This document shows positions 9,455 to 10,139 of a stretch of DNA of 10,139 bases, in pieces; within the stretch, counting starts at the first letter, position 1; every line of letters begins with the position of its first letter. Made by a program: the position numbers and the translations under genes. Below the pieces are notes generated by a model. It was not told where the DNA came from, did no database searches, and worked only from the letters and a program-made list of their open reading frames with translations. Where the stretch lies: positions 1 through 10,139 of the forward strand of contig JAQGDQ010001532.1 of the NCBI GenBank assembly GCA_030141605.1, read 5' to 3'. Source of the DNA: Tubiluchus corallicola (taxonomy: Eukaryota; Animalia; Priapulida).

Positions 9455-10050
9455 CCGTATTTTCCCATGTATAAGAGACCCTTGTGTATAAGAGACCCCT
9501 TCAATTTTTAGGCAGAAATTCTGGAAAAAAGTTTTTTTGGTAATGAATAACTTTATTCGTCATAGAAATCATTAAATTCCTCATCACTCTCATCAAAAAT
9601 ATCAACTGGAGTCAGACCTGTGTCACGATGCTGTATTGCTTACAACCGCTTCATAGTCGAACGCGACACGCCTTGCTTAGGCTGACTCATCTCGTTGACC
9701 TCTGCCGACGTATCAATGACGTCGACGGGCATGCAGAGAGCTTATGCAGATGCGTTGATTGGCTGCAGAACAATCGATTTCTCTCCAATACCAAAGAGAC
9801 ATTTAAAAAAATAATAACTTACCCGGTACATTAATTTTATCATTAGAATTTAGCCATGGAGAAGATTTATTGAAAGGAAACTATAATTATTCGAAATAAA
9901 ACAGTTGTAGAGCACTTATTTCTTTAAAATCATTAGTGTCACAATTTATGCATCTTATTGAAAAGACTTACTCCCATGTATAAGAGACCTCCTATTTTTA
10001 AAGTGAAAATTCTGAGCAAAAAAGGGTCTCTTATACACGGGAAAATACGG
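9455..10050. mobile_element. Non-autonomous Tc1/mariner element of the Tc2/pogo-like CCGTA-terminus type, 596 bp
   Basis: 29-bp TIRs CCGTATTTTCCCRTGTATAAGAGACCCTT (9455-9483 / 10022-10050), 28/29. TA TSD (9453-9454, 10051-10052). Extra internal direct copies of TGTATAAGAGACC at 9485-9497 and 9977-9989. No transposase ORF. Confidence 0.93.
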
Positions 10051-10139
10051 TAAATGCTTTGCATTTGATGAGGCAGCTTCTAACTTAAGCCATACTACAT
10101 CTGCCAGTGTGAACTAAACTTGTTCACACTTGAATTTTT

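Noticed and set aside
9483-9496. Nextera adapter contamination
   Set aside because: Only 13-14 of 19 nt match, the motif is an integral part of paired TIRs with a TA TSD, and no other adapter sequence is present.

Overview
AT-rich, CpG-undepleted eukaryotic (probably invertebrate animal) genomic DNA. Four coding exons on the minus strand (8808-8658, 4210-3998, 1834-1711, 296-79) have canonical GT-AG sites and matching phases. They splice into 706 nt of continuous frame encoding most of a FERM domain that best resembles PTPN13/FRMPD2; the gene runs off both ends of the window. Roughly half of the window is intronic repeat: a 53-bp x14 array, an (AAT)~99 microsatellite, a 72-bp x6 array, five non-autonomous TIR elements, a tRNA-derived SINE and a short RTE-derived retroposon with a 12-bp TSD. 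The most unusual structure is a hAT-type element (3194-3677) nested in a TA-flanked TIR element (2943-3861). It carries internally a ~80% identical, uninterrupted copy of the site it is inserted into. Family assignments come from recalled motifs and hand alignment, not database searches.
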